From a virus (Duplodnaviria; Heunggongvirae; Uroviricota; Caudoviricetes), in IMG/VR virus record IMGVR_UViG_3300025389_000018: a stretch of DNA of 64,000 bases. One strand, 5' to 3'. Of the stretch, positions 57,193 to 64,000 are shown piece after piece (position 1 is the first letter of the stretch; each line of letters begins with the position of its first letter). Below the pieces are notes generated by a model that was given only the letters and a program-made list of their open reading frames with translations, was not told the origin of the DNA and ran no database searches. A program made the translations under genes and the position numbers.

Positions 57193-57645
57193 ATGGCAGT
57201 CAAAAGATACGATGGTACCCAGTGGGTGCTCTATGCGGGAGCTGGTGCTCAAGGTATCCAGGGCACCGCAGGACTTGGAACCCAAGGCATTCAAGGAACC
57301 CAAGGACTGCAGGGTAATCAGGGAACACTAGGTAGTCAAGGAACTGTAGGTTCTTCTGGGCAATTTCCTGCCAGCACTGTTAGTGGAAACATCTCTCTAG
57401 CAGCGTTCAATGCTTACATGGTAGATACCTCTGCAGCTCGTACCTTGACTCTGCCTTCAAGCCCTTCTATTGGAAATGAAATCCACATTTTTGATGCAAC
57501 AGGTAGTGCCGCTACAAATAACATTACTGTAAACAACAACGGTTCGAGCATAGATGGACAGGCAACCACATTGCTGATTGACAAAAACTACGCAGGCGTA
57601 GTCCTAATTTATGTAGGTTCATCCTACGGATGGAGAGTCTCCTAA
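57193..57645 (+). CDS. Short collagen-like repeat protein
   Basis: [39 protein letters not shown]. Confidence 0.5.
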   Translation: MAVKRYDGTQWVLYAGAGAQGIQGTAGLGTQGIQGTQGLQGNQGTLGSQGTVGSSGQFPASTVSGNISLAAFNAYMVDTSAARTLTLPSSPSIGNEIHIFDATGSAATNNITVNNNGSSIDGQATTLLIDKNYAGVVLIYVGSSYGWRVS

Positions 57646-58154
57646 TGTCTATTAGTTACACGTCCTTAACGACTCCAGCGTCAGTACCTAACTGGCAGCT
57701 CGTTTCTTCTCAGTCCCCTTCAGGCACCTCTTCTGTTACTTTTTCAAGTCTTAGTGGCTACTCTAAATACCGTCTAATGAGCTCAAATTTAACTATTGCT
57801 GTCGGTACTCAAAACATCTTCTTATCTTGTAATGGGGACTTTGGAAGTAATTACTCCAGGGTTGGACTTTCTCCGGCCGTAAGTACACTTGTGGCGGGAA
57901 CGGGACCTACATCTTCGTTCAACCTTTTTAGTTTAACTACTTCTGTGGCTGAATTGTTTATCATAGATATAGAGGGAGCTTTGCTACTAGCTCCTAAAGT
58001 AGTATCTCTAAACTATTGGAGCAGCTCTGCAAACAACGGACTATCTAGTGGTATAGGTATGTACCAAACCACCTCTGCTTTAACCTCACTGACTCTCACT
58101 CTAGGTGGCAGTACTTTTAACGGCGGAAGCGTCTATCTTCTAGGAGCTAACTAA
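57630..58154 (+). CDS. Structural protein
   Basis: Tail-module context. Confidence 0.5.
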   Translation: MESLLMSISYTSLTTPASVPNWQLVSSQSPSGTSSVTFSSLSGYSKYRLMSSNLTIAVGTQNIFLSCNGDFGSNYSRVGLSPAVSTLVAGTGPTSSFNLFSLTTSVAELFIIDIEGALLLAPKVVSLNYWSSSANNGLSSGIGMYQTTSALTSLTLTLGGSTFNGGSVYLLGAN

Positions 58155-58300
58155 TGGATACTTTTAACCCTCCTTACAAAGTCGACATCGACGTCAGCAC
58201 CGGTGTTGAGACTTTCTTTAATGCAGAAGGCGCGGTTGTGGAAAAGGCTGAGGTTGATGCCTATGCAGCAAGCCTTCCTGTAGAAGCTCCAGAGAACTAA
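58154..58300 (+). CDS. Small acidic ORF (48 aa; not in ORF track)
   Basis: TAATG overlap. Confidence 0.35.
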   Translation: MDTFNPPYKVDIDVSTGVETFFNAEGAVVEKAEVDAYAASLPVEAPEN

Positions 58301-58314
58301 CTTAGGAGAAGCCC

Positions 58315-58848
58315 ATGCGCGGCAATCAACTTCAAGGGCGGTTTAAAATCGAATACGAGACCAAATCAATGGATGAAGGTATCGTAGAGGATTTGCGCAC
58401 TCCTGTTGGAACTACAGTCTCCTGGTGGATTTGGGACGAAGCCTACTTCGAGGCTAATCCAACTGAAGTACTAGACGACATCTACGATGTCTCTAACCAA
58501 GGTTATGGTCTAGGGCGTAGATGGCAGGACCCCTTTGACTTGCCAGTCATTATGGCTCGTCAAACTCGTGGCTCGTCTTCTCCTAATGAGCGAGGCTTCT
58601 ACGTTACAGACACTCTTACACTGACCGTAGCTGTTGCGGACATCAATCGTCTTTTGCCAGCGATGATGACTACTCCTGAAGTCCACATTAAGGACCGCAT
58701 TCTCTTCCAGAATACTGTTTTTTATCCTGGTAGAGTTTTGCCACAAGGAAGGTACGCTGAAAGGTATTCTGTAGTCTCAATGGATTGCTACATGGTTAAT
58801 CCAGAAGAACTCCAGAACGACCCACAGTTTCAGCAATACGCTAACTAA
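58315..58848 (+). CDS. Hypothetical structural protein
   Basis: TTAGGAGAAGCCC RBS. Confidence 0.5.
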   Translation: MRGNQLQGRFKIEYETKSMDEGIVEDLRTPVGTTVSWWIWDEAYFEANPTEVLDDIYDVSNQGYGLGRRWQDPFDLPVIMARQTRGSSSPNERGFYVTDTLTLTVAVADINRLLPAMMTTPEVHIKDRILFQNTVFYPGRVLPQGRYAERYSVVSMDCYMVNPEELQNDPQFQQYAN

Positions 58849-58857
58849 GGAGCTAGC

Positions 58858-58986
58858 ATGTCATTTGAAGAGGAAATTAACCCCGACCTTTTTGATGAAG
58901 ACTTTGAACCAGAAGACTCTGAACTTGAAGATATTGACCTTGATATTGAGAGTGAAGATTGGGATGAAGTGGATGAGGACGAATAA
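58858..58986 (+). CDS. Tiny highly acidic ORF (42 aa)
   Basis: AAGGAG RBS. Confidence 0.35.
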   Translation: MSFEEEINPDLFDEDFEPEDSELEDIDLDIESEDWDEVDEDE

Positions 58987-59138
58987 TGCCTTTTCTCTCT
59001 GAAGCGCAGAGAAAATGGATGTGGGTTAACCATCCAGAAATGGCTAGAAAGTGGGAGGCTCATACTCCTCCAGGAAAATTACCAGAGAAAGTCAATACTG
59101 AGAAAAAAGGAAATAAAAAATGGCAAAGGCAAAACTAG
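58986..59138 (+). CDS. Small Trp/Lys-rich ORF (50 aa)
   Basis: TAATG overlap. It overlaps the next ORF by 19 nt. Confidence 0.3.
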   Translation: MPFLSEAQRKWMWVNHPEMARKWEAHTPPGKLPEKVNTEKKGNKKWQRQN

Positions 59139-59287
59139 GAACAGGTTCTCGCTTCAAGAAGGTTGAAGAAGAGGCTAAAAAGTCTGGCGCTAAGAATCCT
59201 GCTGCTGTTGCAGCTGCTGCTGGCATTAAGAAGTACGGTGTAAAGAAGATGGAAAAGATGGCGCAAGCAGGAAAGAAAAAGAAGTAA
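59120..59287 (+). CDS. Tiny Lys-rich protein MAKAKLGTGSRFKK... (55 aa)
   Basis: Purine-rich leader. Part of a cluster of small basic proteins. Confidence 0.4.
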   Translation: MAKAKLGTGSRFKKVEEEAKKSGAKNPAAVAAAAGIKKYGVKKMEKMAQAGKKKK

Positions 59288-59508
59288 TGGCTAAGAAAGC
59301 AGAGACTCCAGCATTTGTAGAAGCAGGTGGAAAAGGTCACCGAGTGTACAAACGCAAAGATGGAGATGTAATTGTCGACCATGTTGGAAAAAGTAACTCT
59401 AAATGGGACAAGATTGATTTAACCGATAAAGCAGGAGTTAAGACTGTTAAGCAAGGAGTGCTTTCAGTAAAGCAATGGCACAAGTCTCATGGAGGACACG
59501 GTAAATAA
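59287..59508 (+). CDS. Small basic protein
   Basis: TAATG overlap. Confidence 0.45.
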   Translation: MAKKAETPAFVEAGGKGHRVYKRKDGDVIVDHVGKSNSKWDKIDLTDKAGVKTVKQGVLSVKQWHKSHGGHGK

Positions 59509-59509
59509 C

Positions 59510-59812
59510 ATGACAGCAGCATGGCAGAAAAAAGAAGGACAGAATAAAAAAGGAGGACTCAACGCTAAGGGGCGTGCCTCTTACCACAAAGAGACTGGTG
59601 GAACACTGAAGGCCCCCGTTAAGTCAGGCGACAATCCTCGCCGTGCGTCATTCCTAGCACGTATGGGTAATGCCCCTGGACCAGAGCACAAGCCAAACGG
59701 CGAGCCAACTCGACTACTCCTATCACTCCAAGCATGGGGTGCATCATCTAAGGCAGACGCTAAGAAAAAAGCTGCTGCCATCTCAAAGAGAAATAAAAAG
59801 AGTGGCAAGTAA
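59510..59812 (+). CDS. Small basic protein (start refined; ORF-track 59489)
   Basis: TAACATG junction. Confidence 0.4.
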   Translation: MTAAWQKKEGQNKKGGLNAKGRASYHKETGGTLKAPVKSGDNPRRASFLARMGNAPGPEHKPNGEPTRLLLSLQAWGASSKADAKKKAAAISKRNKKSGK

Positions 59813-59967
59813 ACCTATCTGGGAAAAGAAAAACCCAAAGAAGAAGTCCACTCCTCTGTCTGACGGACAGAAGGCGTCGGCTAAGGCTCGCGCTGAAAAG
59901 GCGGGTCGTCCCTATCCAAATGCTGTCGATAATATTTGGGCAGCAAAAAACTCGAAAGGTAAATAAC

Positions 59968-60097
59968 TATGTGCGTCTCATGTGGATGTGGAAAGAAGAA
60001 GGGCGAAGCAGGGTACGGAAAAGGCCCAAAGGCTGGCGCTAAGAAAGCTACTGCTATGCCAAAGGCTGCTATGAAGAAAATGGGCAAAAAGAAGTAA
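59968..60097 (+). CDS. Tiny Cys/Lys-rich protein MCVSCGCGKKKG... (42 aa)
   Basis: Cluster context. Confidence 0.35.
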
Positions 60098-60286
60098 ATG
60101 GCTGTTAAGCGATTAACTGCTAAAGAAGACGCTAAAGCAGATAAGAAATTCATGAAGGGCATGACCCCAAAGCAAAAGGCCGCTTTTGAAAAGGCCGATA
60201 AGAAGATGGATGCTAAGAAGCCATCAGCTAAAGAAGATGCCAAGATGGATAAGGCTCTAGCCGCAAAGATAAAAAAGTCTAAGTAA
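60098..60286 (+). CDS. Small Lys/Ala-rich protein
   Basis: TAAATG junction. Confidence 0.45.
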   Translation: MAVKRLTAKEDAKADKKFMKGMTPKQKAAFEKADKKMDAKKPSAKEDAKMDKALAAKIKKSK

Positions 60287-60296
60287 GTAATAAAGC

Positions 60297-60330
60297 AATT
60301 GGCCCCCCAATTAGGGGGCCTTTTGTTTAT
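60297..60330 (+). terminator. Rho-independent terminator
   Basis: GGCCCCCC-aatta-GGGGGCC followed by TTTTGTTT. Confidence 0.8.
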
Positions 60331-60339
60331 ACTTATTAC

Positions 60340-60696
60340 ATGGGAAAACACATTCATCTTCTTTCTGACATTAACACGGACTCAAGAACTGGAATCTGCT
60401 CTAACTGTGGCCCAGTAAAAATAAAAACTAAAGGCGTAAACAGGTGGGGTTGTGCTAAGGCTAAATGGGCGCAACGCAGTCCTTGGCTAAAGCACAGGAA
60501 AGAAGTTTGCGAAAGGTGCGGCTTTGTGCCTGAGCATGAATGCCAACTAGATGTAGACCACATAGACGGCAACAAAAACAACAATTCCTTGGATAATCTA
60601 AAAACTCTATGTGCAAACTGCCATAGGCTAAAGACGTATCAAAACAAAGACTGGGAAAACAAAGTTATCGAAGTTAACCCTTCCGAAATCCCTTAA
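60340..60696 (+). CDS. HNH endonuclease
   Basis: CSNCG...HIDGNKNNNSLDNLKTLCANCH. Confidence 0.7.
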   Translation: MGKHIHLLSDINTDSRTGICSNCGPVKIKTKGVNRWGCAKAKWAQRSPWLKHRKEVCERCGFVPEHECQLDVDHIDGNKNNNSLDNLKTLCANCHRLKTYQNKDWENKVIEVNPSEIP

Positions 60697-60774
60697 GTTC
60701 TTTATCATTACCTTAACGGTAACTCGCTGCGAGCCCGTGCAGGACCCACTGCTTGCGATGAAAAGGGGACTTTA

Positions 60775-60951
60775 ATGGCTCATGTACCTTGGTACATCCG
60801 CATCACGGAGTTGGACACTCAAACCGAACGCGATGAATTTATGCGCGGTGTGTTTGGGTTTCGTCCAAAAGAAGATAAGAACATCGTCGCAGCTCTCATC
60901 GCAGGATATGTTGGTGGAAAAGTTGCGTCGAAAGCGAAAAAGAAGAAGTGA
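60775..60951 (+). CDS. Small hypothetical protein (58 aa; alternative to ORF-track 60782-60985)
   Basis: AAAAGGGGA RBS 7 nt upstream. It is followed by a GTGA-overlapping next gene. Confidence 0.4.
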   Translation: MAHVPWYIRITELDTQTERDEFMRGVFGFRPKEDKNIVAALIAGYVGGKVASKAKKKK

Positions 60952-61265
60952 AGCAACTAAGCCAAATTCAAAAAGCCCTTCATAAAGCTACCCAAGAAAC
61001 TACCCACTACATGACTGCCCATGTGCAGGAAGAAGCTCGTACTGCTGGTTGGCCTGACCACTTAGTGAACAATCTTCGCGTTACCCATGACAATGACGGC
61101 TTTAACACAGTCGTCGATGAGTCTCTGCACTCTGAGGCTTTGGATTGGGAGTACGGAACTCCAGGTCGTCAACCTACTGCTGCAATTCGCCGAGTGAATA
61201 ACCAGATGGGCCAAGCCAATGAATTCCTCCTTGGTCGTCTATCAGAGCATGTAGGTGAGCTATGA
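60948..61265 (+). CDS. Hypothetical protein (GTG start)
   Basis: Tail-module context. Confidence 0.45.
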   Translation: MKQLSQIQKALHKATQETTHYMTAHVQEEARTAGWPDHLVNNLRVTHDNDGFNTVVDESLHSEALDWEYGTPGRQPTAAIRRVNNQMGQANEFLLGRLSEHVGEL

Positions 61266-61924
61266 CATTTCTTCTTTCGGAAGATAAAGCTATTCGTGAA
61301 CTTCTTTTAGGTATGACTGTAACTGACCAAAAATCAGACTCAACAGGCACAGCTACTCGTAACGTTGGGGTTTTCTTTGGTCAACCTGACCAGGAACTGC
61401 GTGAACAAAAGTACCCCTATATCACCATTGACATGATTGATATAAACGAAGACTTCTCTCGTGCGCATCGCGGTTTAGTTAAGCCTATCTATCTTCCTGA
61501 CCCAGAGACTATGGCGGATAGTGGCGCAACATATAACCCTGACACTAACAGCTGGGAAATTCATTACCCTATCCCCGTCAATATTGACTATCAGATTACA
61601 ACCTACTCACGTCAGCCACGTCATGACCGTGAGATTCTGGCAACAATACTCTATGCAAAGATTCCTTTTCGATTCGCTGTACTAGAGCCCGACGACAACA
61701 CAGTGCGTCGCCTTAATCTTCTGGACGTCTCAAAAAGAGACATAACAGAGGCAGGAAAGCGTTTATTCGTAAACGCCTTTACCGTTCGCGTCTCAAGTGA
61801 GATTGCTGCGGAAACATACAACGAACTATACAAAGCGCTTGAGGTCAATGTCTCAGGCACAACTGACAATCCAGTTATTGGTCGTGGAACGTTCACGCCA
61901 GTCTCGTTCACTATTTCGGAATAA
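61262..61924 (+). CDS. Hypothetical tail protein
   Basis: ATGA overlap, preceding the sheath gene. Confidence 0.5.
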   Translation: MTFLLSEDKAIRELLLGMTVTDQKSDSTGTATRNVGVFFGQPDQELREQKYPYITIDMIDINEDFSRAHRGLVKPIYLPDPETMADSGATYNPDTNSWEIHYPIPVNIDYQITTYSRQPRHDREILATILYAKIPFRFAVLEPDDNTVRRLNLLDVSKRDITEAGKRLFVNAFTVRVSSEIAAETYNELYKALEVNVSGTTDNPVIGRGTFTPVSFTISE

Positions 61925-61956
61925 CACGGCACCTACCTACAATCTAAGGAGAAACA

Positions 61957-63513
61957 ATGTCATACGCACGTCCTGGCGTTTACTTAAGTGAGCGCTTACT
62001 GCCACCTTCACTACCACAAGGTGGAACAGCGAATGCTGCTGGTGCTGTTGTCGCCCCATTCCAGGGTGGACCAGAAGCAGTAACCCTAGTCACCTCATGG
62101 TATCAATTCACTCAAATCTTCGGTGGATACAATGCCTCATTCCCAGCCACTTTTGAAGTTGGCGCATTCTTCCAAAATGGTGGACGCGAGCTCTATGTAA
62201 AGCGTCTTCTTCATTACGATTCAACCCACTCACCTTCTGCTGCGACTGTTTCTCTTGTAACGTCTTCAAGCGCAGTAGTGGCTACAGTCACTGCTCTTAA
62301 CGCAGGTGCAGACGGAAATAACCTTCGGGTAACTTCTGAAGCTGGAACTGTCTCTGGAACTTACATACTGACTGTCTATCGTGAGGGTGTTGCTGGAACT
62401 TCGTCAGATGTCAGTAACGATATTCTTCTTGAGCGTTATGAGAATCTTGTTTTCTCAGACTCGACCTCAACAAGCTACGGAGTTTCAGTAGTTAACTCTT
62501 TGTCTTCTTACATCAAGTTGACAATTGGAGCTTCACCTTCAGGTGCAATCACTCCTGCAGTCTACCCACTCACAGGTGGTAACGATGGGCTCACAGTTAC
62601 TTGCGCAGACTACATCAACTACAAGGCTGACGATGTTAGCCCGTTTGATGAGCTGAACGCAACAAACCGTGCGCTTGTTCTTTTCATTCCAGGACTTTGG
62701 TCTTTGCCAACAGGTATCGATACTGATGGAACAACTACTCTTGCTCAGACAGATGTGCTCTTAGCTGCAAGCTCTTGGGCTTCAGCTAATGGTGGATTCC
62801 TAGTTGCAGATGCAGCAACAGGACAGACCGTTACTAATGTTAAGTCCTTGGCTACGACTTTGAGCGGATACAGCACCACCGCTCTCTACTACCCAAATAC
62901 TTACATTGCAGACCCAGTCGGACGTAGCAGCAGCGCTCTTCGTCTCATCGGTTGCTCTGGTTCGGTTGCTGGGCTTTATCTTGCAACAGATAACCAAACA
63001 GGTCCTTTCAAGGCTCCTGCTGGAATCCAAACTGCTCTTAAGGGAGTAGTTGCACTCGAATCAGTTCTTGCTCCAGCAGATTTGGACACATTGAACTCTG
63101 GTTCTAACCCTGTAAATGCCATCCGTCAGATTCCTGGTGCTGGCTTTGCAGTCATGGGTGCTCGTACTCTCCTCCAAGATGGTACAGCAAACAAGTACGT
63201 AAACATGCGTCGCTCTCTTATCTACATCGAGCGTGAACTCAAGAACTTGACCGAGTTTGCCATCTTTGAAAATAACGACGAAAAGTTGTGGTCAAAGTTG
63301 AACACTGTAATTGGTTCGTTTCTCAATGAGTACCGTAACCAAGGCGGTCTTCGTGGAGCTACAGCAGCACAGGCTTACTTTGTACGCTGTGATGCAACCA
63401 ACAACACATACACAACCATCGCTAATGGTGAAGTACATATTCAAGTCGGTGTAGCTCTTCAGTACCCTGCAGAGTTCGTCGTCATTAACCTTTCTCAGTC
63501 AACCCTAAGTTAA
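61957..63513 (+). CDS. Tail sheath protein
   Basis: N-terminal MSYARPGVYLSE is typical of contractile-tail sheath N-termini. It is 518 aa and is followed by a tube-like gene. Confidence 0.65.
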   Translation: MSYARPGVYLSERLLPPSLPQGGTANAAGAVVAPFQGGPEAVTLVTSWYQFTQIFGGYNASFPATFEVGAFFQNGGRELYVKRLLHYDSTHSPSAATVSLVTSSSAVVATVTALNAGADGNNLRVTSEAGTVSGTYILTVYREGVAGTSSDVSNDILLERYENLVFSDSTSTSYGVSVVNSLSSYIKLTIGASPSGAITPAVYPLTGGNDGLTVTCADYINYKADDVSPFDELNATNRALVLFIPGLWSLPTGIDTDGTTTLAQTDVLLAASSWASANGGFLVADAATGQTVTNVKSLATTLSGYSTTALYYPNTYIADPVGRSSSALRLIGCSGSVAGLYLATDNQTGPFKAPAGIQTALKGVVALESVLAPADLDTLNSGSNPVNAIRQIPGAGFAVMGARTLLQDGTANKYVNMRRSLIYIERELKNLTEFAIFENNDEKLWSKLNTVIGSFLNEYRNQGGLRGATAAQAYFVRCDATNNTYTTIANGEVHIQVGVALQYPAEFVVINLSQSTLS

Positions 63514-63532
63514 TCTGAAGGAGATATAACTA

Positions 63533-64000
63533 ATGGCAACAATAACAAACAATCGGTCCAGTCTAATCACTGACCCATTACGTAACTTTAGGTTCCTGGT
63601 TACGTTTAAGCCCCTTGCTAACGGGAGTGCTGCTCTAAAGGCTCTCTCTTCAGTTACATTTGGGTTCACCTCTGTATCGGGGCTGTCTGTTACAACAGCT
63701 TCAATCCCTTACCGTGAAGGCGGATACAACACCACTGTTCACCAGATTCCTGGGCAAACAACTTTTGCTCCTCTGACTTTGCAACGTGGTGTTCTCTTGG
63801 GAAGCCCAGAGAACATGAACTGGATGAAGAACTTGTTCGCAACTGTACAAGGTGGCGGAACAACTCGCGGAGTTTCTGAGAACTTCCGTTGCGATGTTGA
63901 AATCCAAGTTCTTGCTCATCCAATCCCAAGCGGTGCAAATGCTGTGGGTGACACTAACAACCCAGCACAAACAGCTTCTGGAAGCGACGTAGTCGCTATG
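63533..64000 (+). CDS. Tail tube protein (partial, runs off window end)
   Basis: GAAGGAGAT RBS. It contains NFRFLVTFKP and lies immediately after the sheath. Confidence 0.5.
   Translation, partial: MATITNNRSSLITDPLRNFRFLVTFKPLANGSAALKALSSVTFGFTSVSGLSVTTASIPYREGGYNTTVHQIPGQTTFAPLTLQRGVLLGSPENMNWMKNLFATVQGGGTTRGVSENFRCDVEIQVLAHPIPSGANAVGDTNNPAQTASGSDVVAM

Noticed and set aside
59510-59966. A programmed -1 frameshift joining the two overlapping basic ORFs.
   Set aside because: The candidate heptamer is T-AAA-AAG rather than A-AAA-AAG, and the frame relationship would need a +1 shift. Separate small genes, or one spurious ORF, are more parsimonious.
1-64000. A reverse transcriptase (retron or DGR) that could use the repeated elements or diversify the fibre C-termini.
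   Set aside because: No ORF with RT motifs (YxDD, QGxxxSP) was seen in any frame of the window.

Overview
This 64-kb window looks like most of the genome of a temperate, contractile-tailed (myovirus-like) phage. The likely host is a low/medium-GC actinobacterium: the window carries a WhiB-like regulator, a tyrosine integrase with arm-type repeats, many actinophage-style small CxxC proteins, and its GC content is roughly 45%.

Layout along the window:
- 0.1-5.8 kb (+): nucleotide-metabolism and auxiliary genes. These are an NTase-fold protein, a B12-type class II ribonucleotide reductase and an FkbM-like methyltransferase, followed by a bidirectional terminator.
- 5.9-7.9 kb (-): a lytic transglycosylase, then the tyrosine integrase with five 15-bp arm-type direct repeats immediately upstream (candidate attP).
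- 8.0-18.1 kb (-): a leftward early operon. It contains WhiB, a protein with a sigma-region-4-like HTH, many small proteins, and a CobT-like vWA plus CobS/MoxR-like AAA+ pair.
- 18.1-21.0 kb: two roughly 1.1-kb ORF-free regions flanking an HNH endonuclease gene. The left one is iteron/repeat-rich and ori-like. The right one is GC-richer and carries four copies of a hairpin plus GGGCTTTGTGCTATCC element.
- 21-35 kb (+): a dense array of small early genes. Two paralogous small-protein families stand out: one with a shared C-terminal acidic-LW-x-S tail, and one with CxxC...YPCP zinc knuckles. The region also holds an SPFH/band-7 protein, small membrane proteins, an HslV-like Ntn peptidase and several HNH nucleases.
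- 35.8-38.1 kb (+): a lysis cassette with a YiiX-like permuted papain amidase, a CHAP peptidase and holin-like membrane proteins, ending in a terminator.
- 39-64 kb (+): the structural and packaging module.
  - Large terminase interrupted by a LAGLIDADG-containing intein.
  - Portal, scaffold, major capsid, and a strong terminator.
  - Two long collagen-like (G-x-Q triplet) fibre proteins.
  - Convergent TPR and beta-propeller glycosidase-like genes.
  - A cluster of tiny Lys-rich proteins.
  - An HNH nuclease, tail sheath, and a partial tail tube.

No tRNA, CRISPR array or reverse transcriptase was detected by eye. The most unusual signals are the tail-sharing small-protein family, the repeat-bearing non-coding regions and the phage-borne HslV-like peptidase. 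All functional calls are motif-based reading without database searches.
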